Below, in pieces: positions 39,115 to 51,130 of a DNA stretch of 64,000 nt; position 1 is the first letter of the stretch, and each line of letters opens with the position of its first letter. The DNA is from Octopus vulgaris. Taxonomy: Eukaryota. A program made the translations under genes and the position numbers. Under the pieces are notes generated by a model. That model saw nothing but the letters and a program-made list of their open reading frames with translations, had not been told where the DNA came from and did no database searches. The DNA lies in the NCBI GenBank assembly GCA_951406725.2, contig OX597828.1, positions 31,496,001 to 31,560,000 on the forward strand. Direction: 5' to 3'.

Positions 39115-40410
39115 AGTTAATCAAAGAATGCACCAAAATTATCAACACAATTTTGCCATTTTATGGGTAACCTTTTTTCTGCCGGTAGCGACGAATTCTG
39201 GATAGCAAGAAGCGATGAAATTGGAAAAGCTATTTTAAAATTGTCCTCGGGTTTGAAGTTTTTTCATTGCAAAATGTTGTCTAATGCCTGGAAATGCCTG
39301 GAAAACGTGATAATCAGTTAGTGCGATATCTAGTGAACATGGTAGATGATAGAGTACTTCCAACTTCAGTTCCTGTTACTTGGCATCGTTCCTTGTGCAA
39401 CATGTAGTCGAGTACTATCTTGTAAGAGAATTGGCCTGTCTCTATTGAACAAACTTGGTTGTTTAATTGCAAACTCTATCTTCATCCAATATAGTTCATT
39501 TACCAAGTCTTCTGAAGCTCTATTGGATGATACCAGCACTGAACCACCGAACAGAGACCATTAGCATTTGTTGGTGAGTAGTTGATTTAACAAGTCTTAT
39601 GAAGCTCTATTGGATGAGACCAGCACTGAACCACCGAACATAGACTATTAGCATTTTTTGGTGAATATCCTATTTTGGATTGTGTTTTGGCATTTCATCT
39701 CAATCCAATTACTGTGCAGAACGCTTGCTATTGTTGAAAATAATTCGTTTTTTCATCACATGTAACAGTACGATGGAAAGATGGTTCACTTTTATGCAGT
39801 GCCAGCAAAGAACAACAAGTTGAACAACAAGTTTCACAACGGCATATCATTTGATGCTTCTGCAGTTCGTATGGTACCCATTTGTCCAGCTTCTTTAATT
39901 TTTCGATGTGTTTCAGAAGGTCCAATACAGTTGGAATCGAAACATCAAACTTTGCTGCTAACTCACGCGTAGTTTAAGTTGTATCTGCTTCTACTACAGT
40001 TTTCTGCTCATCATTATCCAATTTGGCCTCAGGTGTAACACGAGGCTGAATTTCAAGAGTAAAATCACAAGACCGTAACTTCCCAAACCATCGACGTGCA
40101 GTACGCTCATTCGCCACATCTTCATGAAACGCCTCATTGATGTTTCGAGCTATCTAGGATGCATTGTTTGTACGAAGGAGCTCGATTTCATAAACAACAA
40201 GAATTTTTTTATCTCTCCATAGGTTCACAAAATCGATTTTCAAGAGACGTCTCACAATATAATACGACACCATGAATTGCACTCTGAAAAAAGATGATTT
40301 AACTCTTCAATGTTGTAAAGCAAAAACATGTCAGGATAAAACATTAGTTAACGAATGTCGAAATTGGTGCAAAAGATAGTCGGAGTTTTTAAAATCTTAA
40401 CGACCTGATG
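39115..40410 (-). mobile_element. Mariner (cecropia/Hsmar1-like) transposase relic
   Basis: KKLDKWVPYEL..QM..R.E.C.SLL...RTVTCDEK; HLPCSLDIALTDYHVF; LPIKWQNCVDNFGAFFD*. Confidence 0.85.
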
Positions 40411-41721
40411 TTTTAGTCTCCAAAATATATGAGGTCACAGGACAGCACAACATTAATTCTCTGCTCATCTTATTTAATATACGCCAGATATATCATAGAA
40501 GAGTCCATCTACCAAACCACCATTACACTTTATAGATTGTTTCTGATCATTCTTACACTTGATAGAGAACAGTGTTTCTTTTTTTTCAACGAAGAATCAA
40601 GTTTGCTTAGTACGTTTTCAGGGCAGTAGGAATCTAAGCATCGTATGACATATCTCTGTTACAAGCCATAGAAAAAAAAAACATGTTTGCTGATTCTCTC
40701 CAACGCAGCTGTCACCAACCAGACGTCTAATAAAATCAATCTGGTGTTGATCATCTAATGTTCTGTCTCGTCGAGGTATACATAACAAAATGTAAGCGTC
40801 CTTCTTTTTAGTCGTTAGGATTTATGTTAGGGATATTTTTAATTAAAGATTGGGCAATTGCATACAATAGATATTTTCAATAAGTGCGACCACTGTTATT
40901 ATCCTAGTAATTATGCTTACACAACTTTCATGGGAAAAGAAAGAAATAACAACTTTCATGGGAAAATAATTATACATTTTTAATTATGCTTAAATAATAT
41001 TTGTATTTTTAATTCTGTAAGTATGATATAAATATTAGCTTTAGTCACTTGGAAGTGAAAGGAAAAGTTAGTTCTCAAATGATATAAATTTAAATGGTAT
41101 TTTGTTATTACAAGAGAGAGTATTTCTACTGCTTCACTACTTACCATCAAATGAAATATAGTAACAGCTGCCGAAAGACTTAAGAAAAACTGCTGGCAGT
41201 TTCGTCAAACAGAGAAGATGCCATTATTAAGTAAGAAACTGTGAACATACCAGATACACTTTTATTGCATTCAGCTTTGTTTCTGAAGTATAAACCAATA
41301 TCTGTTTGATAAATGAATATTTGGGAATCGTTCCAAATATTGCAGTGAGTCCTTCACTACATTTAAATAGTATGTTGTTCTCCTACAGTGGATTATCGTA
41401 CAATCATATCATCGCACACGCAGAGTCTTCAAACCGTTATACTTTCTTGAAATTGGCTTATGCTACAAAATTTACTACGCACATAAATCATCAGAGACAC
41501 ACGCACACAAACACGTGAGTGTATGTGTGTGTGTATGTGTGTATAATGAAAAGCAAATTAGGCAAGTCGATTTACATTGAATATTAAATATTAAACATTT
41601 AATAGATAAAATGTACGTAAGTATGGATATAAAATAGTTTTACTTCCAGAGTATATATGATATATATTCTCTAAGTAGGTCTCTGTGTGCGTTTGTGTGT
41701 GTTTGTGTGTGTTTGTGTGTG

Positions 41722-41780
<59 letters not shown>

Positions 41781-42156
41781 GTGTAGTTCTATGACGAAGC
41801 ACCAATGTTTACTGGAAATAGCAGTCGATACATTTACGACGATATAGTAACGCTTAGATGTGTATATACTGTCAAAGACGTGTGAGGGGAGCAAATATGA
41901 AAAATTTTGTCTAACCTCTTGGAAGAGCATTACAACTCAGAATCGGATAATCCAGTACCTTGGCATTGGACTCTTCAAATACGTTTGACAGCGTAAAGTT
42001 GATTAGTCTTCACCAGTTGGATTTACCTGGACAATATTTCAAATGTTGCTACATCAATAGCAGAATACTCGCATGAACGCTTAGCCGTTAACAGAGCGAG
42101 AACAGTGAAGAATAAAATATTGCAATACAAATGTATTACAGTAAAATAAAGCACTG

Positions 42157-42157
<1 letters not shown>

Positions 42158-42223
<66 letters not shown>

Positions 42224-42240
42224 ATATTTATATAAATATA

Positions 42241-42307
<67 letters not shown>

Positions 42308-42313
42308 ATATAT

Positions 42314-42379
<66 letters not shown>

Positions 42380-42400
42380 ATAGAGAGAGAGAGAGAGAGG
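42158..42400. repeat. (TA)n/(GA)n microsatellite
   Basis: Direct reading. Confidence 0.95.
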
Positions 42401-43366
42401 CAGAAAGAGTTAATGGTAATAAATAGAAAATAGGTAAGGTGCCCGACACTTTATAGGGATGCATGCGTTTCATCCTGATGCCTAAATAATGAACTTCAAG
42501 TAGATACTTTTATACTTTTATTTGTTTCAGTGAGGCCATTCTGGGGCACCCGCCTTGAAGTGCAACGCTTATTTCAATCCGGCGTTTTAGTTCATCAGCG
42601 TTTCTCACTGCTTAGGGTAGAAAACTTGTGAGGTGAATCCATGATTATGCAATGTTCCTTCAAATGCGCTGTAATTATTTCTACATTTTGCTGAAGCACG
42701 TTTCTGAGCTCTGTTTCTGATTATTGTTATATGTGTATCACTTGGCTTATATTTCACACACTTATCTAACCCCTGCTTCGTGACCCGTGTAGCTGGTACT
42801 ATATTGCAGGGTCTGATCTTTGCTTACGTCTTCCATATTATGGTGCCTTTTCATAAATACATGTGCGTGTATGTATGTGTCTATGTGTGTAAGTGTGTGT
42901 ATATGTGTGTATGTATGTGCACATGCCTGCGTATCTGTCTGTCAGCCTGCCTGTCTTATGAAAATGCATGTCCTAGTGCTTCCAGTGTTAGAGTATTGCT
43001 CTCACGATCCTGCAATCACGGTTTCGATTCCCAGATTGGTAGTGCATTGTGACACTTGTATAATAATATTCAGTATTTGATAGAGTAATATACACACAAA
43101 CACACATATTTAGACGTGTAATGTTTCAAGAACATTCTCTTGGGCACATGTAGTAATCTATTCTATTGCACATTCTTTCTTTTAGGTGTACTATTGTGCC
43201 AAAATCATTGAATGAAAAGAGTTATGGTCATTCATCAATATCACCCCAGTTCATAGACAAATTAACCTTAGAATCTTACCTATCATTGTTATTCAGCCGC
43301 AGAAATGCCATTATAAAATTTAAATATCACACGGGTGTCAATATTCGGTGACATAATATTATAGAA

Positions 43367-43751
43367 GTGGAGGCGCAATAGCCCAGTGATTAGGGCAGCG
43401 GACTCGCGGTCAAAGGATCGTGGTTTCGATTCCCAGACCGGGCGTTGTGAGTGTTTATTGAGCGAAAACATCTAAAAGCTCCACGAGGCTCCAGCAGGGG
43501 ATGGTGGTGACCCCTGCTGTACTCTTTCACCACAACTTTCTCTCACTCTTACTTCCTGTTTCTGTTGTACCTGTATTTCAAGGGGCCGGCCTTGTCACTC
43601 TCTGTGTCACGCTGAATATCCCCGAGAACTACGTTAAGGGTACACGTGTCTGTGGAGTGCCCAGCCACTTACACGTTAATTTCACGAGCAGGCTGTTCCG
43701 TTGATTCGGATCAACCGGAACCCTCATCGTCGTAACCGACGGAGTGCTTCC
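43367..43751 (+). mobile_element. SINE family C with 13-bp TSD
   Basis: TAATATTATAGAA at 43354-43366 and 43754-43766; B box GTTTCGATTCC. Confidence 0.95.
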
Positions 43752-43829
43752 GCTAATATTATAGAATTACTGCATAGTTGGGTTTGTCACTTGGAATTCC
43801 AAAAGTAATGACAAGAATATATATTTCAA

Positions 43830-44035
43830 ATTTTGGCACAAGGCCTGCAACTTCAATGTGGGTGTAAGTCGATTATATCGACCGCAGTGCTCAATTAGTG
43901 ACTATTTTGTATGTCACGAATTGATGAAATGCATAATCGAAACTGTCGGCCTTTGGACTCAGAACGTAAAAACTGACGAAATGCTACTAATACATCTTAC
44001 CTGTTACGCCGCTGAATCTGCTAAGTCACCACCTT
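43830..44035 (-). mobile_element. SINE family B, degraded
   Basis: GACTCAGAACGTAAA...GAATCTGCTAAGTCACCACCTT. Confidence 0.6.
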
Positions 44036-44474
44036 AATAATTAAAATAATATTATTCAATACGTTGTACTCTATTTTCCTCACAGCATAATAATTTGGAG
44101 GAAGATACGTATTCAACATAATCTTCACCATAGAGAGTAACAGTAAACATGCTGATGGAAGTACTGAATGGTTTATTTGAACAATAATTCGATTGAAATC
44201 TACTTTAATGTCCTTCTCATTACCTTAATTGTTCCAGAAATGAAGATATGAGAAGGTTTATGTCAAGAGGCAAGGATTACGTACAATATGTATGAGACAA
44301 AATATGCGATTCTTAAATAGAAAAAGATTACTTGATATTGTAATTAATTTGATCTATGTCTAAATTCTCATTATATCCAACACACTGAAGTAATTATAGT
44401 TGAAATTGCTACCTAGAAAGACATTAAATATCAGCTTATATCTGCAATCGGTTTTCGTGTTACATCCCTGGACT

Positions 44475-44581
<107 letters not shown>

Positions 44582-44882
44582 AAGTAAAGTTGTAAGATAC
44601 CGCACGAGTGGAAATATATGTGAAAGGATTGAAAATGCAATTTGAAAGATATTTACTCATTACTTTCAATTTTATTAGTAAAATGATTGTCAAATGTAAA
44701 ACGTAAAGCTTTGTATGCGCTTTGTTGTGTTAAGTACTGGTTATCACAAAAGTATTAAAAAACAGAAATACATTCTTTGATAATATTTTTAAAAAATAAA
44801 AACACTTTACAAGAAAGTATTTAAGAAAGTAATCAGAACGTGACTACAAAAACATTTTGTGTTAAAAATAATCATGTTTGGT

Positions 44883-44937
<55 letters not shown>

Positions 44938-45404
44938 AAAGAGATATATTTAAGAATTTACAAAAAATTGTAGAGGAATAATTGATGTCTTTCTGGCATT
45001 TCGATTTGTGTGTAGCTAAGGAGTGTTTGCTATTTTAAGGGACATTGTGGGAGGTTGCTTGTGGGCAAGGAAGTTCAATGTGGAATCAAGACGATTTTTT
45101 TTGGTTTCTGGGCTAGTCTGTCATGGTTCAGTGGTTTTAGGGACCTGGTCTTAGAGGTCAGAATGGTGTGAGTGTATGTATCTCTCTCTGCATGTCTCTA
45201 AGTGTGTGTATATATACATGTGCTTGTGCTTTATATTTGGTAGGATTGTGTGTGTATTTGTGTGCACGTTTGTATATGTGTGTGTGAGCAACTTTATATG
45301 CGTGAAGGTGCATAAGTATGTGTGTGCGTGTACGTTCCGTGCATGTTAGTACTGATTATGCGTTTGTGTGTGTGTATATATGTGGTTTTATACATACATA
45401 TATA

Positions 45405-45471
<67 letters not shown>

Positions 45472-45865
45472 GTATATATATATAGATATATATTAGTAAA
45501 CATATAAGTACGTCGTACATGTATGATGTTGAACTGTACGTGTTGCTAAATAAGATGTTTGTAGCTAATGAGAGAAGAGCTGTAGGAAATTTCAGTAATT
45601 ATTAGACACCATGCTGCTTGAAAATGGTTCACATATCTATGTACGGAAACTGGGGAAAAATACTATTAGTCGATAAATAATATTGTTCTTGTCAAAGGAA
45701 GACAGTTAACATTGGTTCCAGACCTTCCAGAGATTGCTGCCTTATCTCCCTTAAATTAATTGTTGACAATTAATACAGAAGCATGCATAGATTACTGAAG
45801 TGTTAATTACAATGTAACAAGAAAGCAAAAAATCATGGTGACCATGGGGATATATGTGATAACAT

Positions 45866-47010
45866 ACAGTTCTGTATTTAAGAGATAAGGAATTATGTAC
45901 ATTATTTACATTATTTACATTTGACGGATATTTGTCCTCATCTTGTTTGTTGTTATTCGGCTGATAAACTCTCTAACCTTCATCGGGTGTCTTGGGGGAA
46001 ATTTCGAACCGGATTCTCATTCCTAAGGTACAGTTTACAATGGAATAATAAAACGACAATCAGTTAGCATTCCCGGACGTATTAATAACGTGCACCAAGT
46101 ATGAATTCAGGAAATCCGTATACCACAAGCCGACCTTCACTGGACGATACCCCAACTCCAATTTCCCAAATCCATACAACGTAAAGAAAGGGACTGCTCA
46201 GTGCCTAAAACATCGAGCAAAGAATATAGGTAGCGATCGTGATACCTACCAGGACGAAATGATCAAACTCAGTGACAATCTATTAAGCAACAACTACTCC
46301 AAAAACATACTATCCACTCCAATTATGAAGAAGAGAAAGGTTAAAACCAATAAACTGTCCACACTATGTCTACTCTATGTCAAAAGGCCTCTCCAAAAAG
46401 CTACAAAAGATATGCAGCCCATATGACATCGGGCCTGTATCCAAGTGGAATACAACACGTCGTATATATCTCCATCGAGTAAAACCACCACAAGAAGAGA
46501 TATTTGACCAAAAACTGCGTGTACCCAATCCTGTGCAGCTGTGGTAGGTTATACAAAGGCGAAACATGACGACCCCTCAAAATAAAGGTAGAGGAACATT
46601 GCAAAGCTGTAATACGAGCTTCTCGTGTATGGAAAAATTGAGACCACCTCCCCCTGTAGGATGAAGTTAAAATAATAGACGGAGAACACCACTGGAAAAT
46701 ACGAGTGCAGATATGAGTAGCATATGGGAACCGGTATTAGGGAAGGATAGTAAAACATTACATAATATAAGCACTAATATTCACTCCACAATTGCCCACG
46801 GGCATTTGATGTAGTGCTTAAAAGCGTTCGATTCCTGGCAGTGACCTGAATAATAATAATAACAATGACATTAAAAAATACCTTAGGAATGAGAACGCAG
46901 GTTCGAAAATTCCCCAAGATAACTGATGAAAGCTGGAGGGTATATCAGCCGAAACGTTGTGTTAACAACAAAGAAGAAGAGGACAAATATCCGACAAATG
47001 TAAATAATGT
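45866..47010 (+). mobile_element. Penelope-like element (RT C-terminus + GIY-YIG relic) with inverted pLTRs
   Basis: TME**NDNQLAFPDVL...VYHKPTFTGRY; CVYPILCSCGRLYKGET*RPLKIKVEEH; pLTR 45866-46030 (-) is the inverted copy of 46879-47010 (+). Confidence 0.88.
46918..46963 (+). ncRNA. Minimal hammerhead motif in Penelope pLTR
   Basis: CTGATGA(46923)-AA-GCTG gagggtatat CAGC-C-GAAA-CG-TT-GTGTT; AACGTT palindrome; stem I 5' arm mutated (GATAA versus GACAC in other copies). Confidence 0.65.
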
Positions 47011-47043
47011 GATAACGTGTTTGATTTATTATAGCTAACATAT

Positions 47044-47364
47044 GTGGAAGCACTCCGTCGGTTACGACGATGAGGGTTCCGGTTGATCCGAATCAACGGA
47101 ACAGCCTGCTCGTGAAATTAAGGTGTAAGTGGCTGAGCACTCCACAGACACGTGCACCCTTAACGTAGTTCTCGGGGATATTCAGCGTGACACAGAGAGT
47201 GACAAGGCCGGCCCCTTGAAATACAGGTACAACAGAAACAGGAAGTAAGAGTGAGAGAAAGTTGTGGTGAAAGAGTACAGCAGGGATCACCACCATCCCC
47301 TGCTTTTAGGTGTTTTCGCTCAATAAACATTCACAACGCCCGGTCTGGGCCATTGCGCCTCCAC
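47044..47364 (-). mobile_element. SINE family C with 11-bp TSD and internal deletions
   Basis: AGCTAACATAT at 47033-47043 and 47365-47375. Confidence 0.93.
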
Positions 47365-48304
47365 AGCTAACATATATTGGCTTTATTACAAGTGAAACTG
47401 AGTTTTCACTTTTCTCCATGTGGGATTAGTTCTGTCGCAAGGCATATTTCCTAGAAACGAAATTTTTTTAATGCCACAGATGATATAAAATAACAAATTA
47501 TACATGAATATTGAAATAACGTGGGGTTTTCTATCTAAAGTATCATAAGTAGTTCTTAATTTAAAATACGCGACCAGTACATCATTACTACTACTTCTAA
47601 AAATATAGTGTTCTGTTTCTTCACATGACCATCATTTTTCGGGTGACGGGTGTTCGTCATTACTATCAATACTTACATTTAACTGATGCCTTATTTCATG
47701 GCCACCGACAAGATTTAATTTAGAACATGAAAAATACGGAATAAATTCGGAAAACAAATTTGCCGATGGTCAAAATTTTCTACCATACCACCGCGTTAAA
47801 AATCATTTCTGAATGAGGCGAAAGGCGAGGAACATTTCGGTGGATGTGTTAGTCAATTACATCGACTCAAGCATTGATGTACTTGACTATACCTTCCTTA
47901 TGTTGACTATAAATTATGAAAAGAAAGAAAAATGACCTCAATGCTGTTAGATGTTAGGTCAAAATAACATACAAGATATGGTGTAATGCTTTTACTCTAA
48001 AGATCAAATGATCGTCATATCATTGCCCTTAATTTCTGAATGCTACAAAAGACTTACTATATTGGAGATTGGAGAGAGTTCAATGAAATCAATCCCTACA
48101 CTTGAATGTTACTTAAACTTGTAGACACTGAAAGGATGAAAAGCAAATATGGACAAAGCTATTAAAGCTGCAACTCAATCAGCTAACATAGAATAAGAAA
48201 TATAGAAAAATGATACATCTTATACAATTCCTGAAGAAAATATTCACTGTAAGGAAGGAGAAAATCAATATGCACAAATGCACTCCACTTAACAATTAAT
48301 ATAA

Positions 48305-48357
<53 letters not shown>

Positions 48358-49054
48358 TGATGGACTCTCCCGTCGAAGATGACGTATGGGCGTTCAGCTT
48401 TTGCCGAACGACAAATGATTTGTTTATAGTGATCAATTATTTGTGACGCACATTATCTCACTCGCTCCATCAAATCGACGTTGTTTGAACAGGTGCACAG
48501 TGCGCCACGTATGAAATATCTAAGCGATCGCAGAGCATGGACTGGCGTACGTATTTATATATCCCAAGTTTCCTATTCAAATTAAATGTGCAAATGTTGA
48601 CGAACAAAGGTTGTTAGGTCGATGTGGATTATTAGTTAGCACGGTTCATATAAGAAAATGCGTCGTCCGAATTATTATTAAAGTTGCAGTCTACCAGAAC
48701 CATTAGCATACCGGAGAAATTGCTTCAAGCTATTTCTTCTGTCTTTAATATGTGATTTCACGTTCCAGCGAGGTCGATATTGTCTCACTTAATTTCGGAT
48801 TCTATCAATCAAATACCAGTTGAACACCAGATCTCTCATTCAAATTTTCAGGCTTTGTGTCTATAGTAGAAAGGAATATTATAGGGTGAGTTTTAATTTA
48901 TATGGTCTGCCGTTCATCACTCCATCACACACTTCTCCCACGTTCTCTTACCCTCTCACTTCTTACTTCCTTACTCTATTCTCTTATGACATGCTAGCTG
49001 TAATGTTTGCATATTAGAGTATATATATGAACCTGCATTTTTCTTTGTGTTATA

Positions 49055-50346
49055 TTTTTTGCTTGTTCCGTAAGATATCCATATTTCTGTAGCGCCTATT
49101 CTCTTTTGCTGGTGGCTTCGGTGCTTTGTCTTTAATGCCGCAGTGTTCTTGGCAAATCTTATACATAAAATCTTATACCCGCGTAACGGGTCATTTACAT
49201 TCAAGTATTTAAAAATGGCCGGCTTCCAGAAAGACGTCTAAAACATACAAAGCACACATGCGCATCATGTTGTACTATGTTCCATTTTTTTCTTTCCTTT
49301 TCGGGGTTCGTGATTCACTCACATTAACCAACATGCAGTTAGGTATTTGTTATCAAAACAATTTCTGTGTAAATCTTGAATGTAGAAAGTTTGATAAACT
49401 GTCATAGCTTCCGATGGAACATTTGAATTTTATATACATACGTATGTGTTTGTAAGTAAGTATATACGTGCGATCATATGTGTGTGTGCCTGTGCGTAAG
49501 TGTGCAACATATAGAAATAATTCGCAAACGCGGCCTTCCACAGTTTTAAACTTCTAAGTTACAATTGCTGCTTCATTGTTCCTTAAATGTTTCCAATATC
49601 ACAGCCCAGTGCATTTGAGGTATAACATTCGGCGCTGAATGTGCACGAGAAACGAAAATGGTAGCAATGGCATCAAAGGAATGGCGTCAAATGAAAAATA
49701 ACTAAACTGGGGTCATCACACCTAATAACAAATACAGTGAGAAGAAAAATGGCCAGCTTATTTCTCACCAAATTTGTTGGAACAAAAGATGTTTGTGGAT
49801 CTGGTGAAATTTTATCTTTTAAAACACATATTGAATCAATACATAGAACGACAATATTTGATATTTGACAGACTATTTATATATTCAGAATGAATTTAAA
49901 CTTATAGAATAAAATAGGGTCACTACCTACTCCCGTAGGGCCTTGAGCTAAAGTGTCATATAAATAAAAATCGAAAGAAAATAGAAAGCATCAAGGCTCA
50001 TCATAAAGTGAAATTTTCAAAACTAGATTGTGCATATAGTTACTCAATACGGATAGATTTTTGTCTCTTAGCGTGACTACACATATATCTACAGACACAC
50101 CAGCGCAAACGCGCGTATACACCCACACAGACACAAATACACACACACACATACATGCACACACACACACACATATATATACATATATACGACGGGCTGC
50201 TTTCAGTTTCCGTCTACCAAATCCACTCACAAGGCTTTGGTCGGCCCGAAGCTATAGTTGAAGACACTTGCACAAGGTGCCCCACAGTGGAGCTGAACCC
50301 GGAACCATGTGGTTGGTAAGCAAGCTACTTATCGCACACCCACTCC

Positions 50347-50386
<40 letters not shown>

Positions 50387-51130
50387 TATATATATAAAAA
50401 TATATGTTTGTGTGTATGTATGCATGTATAGGTAACCAGACTTTGAACGTGGTAAGAATGTGGGTTTAATAAATCGTAGTTATATCCTTTCGTTTGTGTC
50501 CGACAGCCAGCGGTTATTTATGTACGTCTATCTTTAGTTTTTTGCTTTTGTTTCCTTTTGATTTTCTGCTTTGTCTGACAAAAAAAAAAATTATATCGGT
50601 ATATATAACAGAAGTAATAACACTCTGTTTTATTAAAATCTCATTGATATAGTGTTGAAAGTACTGTTCACCTTTACATATTACAACAGTTCATACACCT
50701 CACAAATCTCTTTAAAATTTGTATTACATCGGAGAGTGTTGATATGGAATTTTTCTATTTTTGAAAAGTTTGTGATGTTTTATTATTTATTTTCATTAAT
50801 GTTTTTAACGTTTAACATTTATTTTTGTTTCTGTCTCTCTTATGGTTCGGTCGGTTGCCTCCTTTTAACATTTCATTCGAAAATGATTCTGAAATACGCA
50901 TTTTTCTTTAATTTGATGGGAAAGATGTTTTACGACAAATGGGAAAAGTGTTAGTAGATATAATAAAGAACTCGGTAACATGCGGTGCGATAAGCCGTTA
51001 AATTCTTGTGAAAATTTTATGTAAAAGATTTGCCAAGAACACTGCGGCATTAAAGACAAAGCACCGAAGCCACCAGCAAAAGAGAATAGGCGCTAAAGAC
51101 ATATGGATATCTTACGGAACAAGCAAAAAA
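49055..51130. repeat. 117-bp inverted repeat pair (49055-49171 / 51014-51130)
   Basis: Manual alignment 114/117 identical; no TSD seen. Confidence 0.95.
50085..50347 (-). mobile_element. SINE family A, 5' half
   Basis: Reverse complement of the 1650-1850 head. Confidence 0.85.

Noticed and set aside
48355-48700. Fourth SINE/RTE-tail family on the minus strand
   Set aside because: Only a weak resemblance to the SINE-C 3' stem-loop, and no second copy in the window to confirm it
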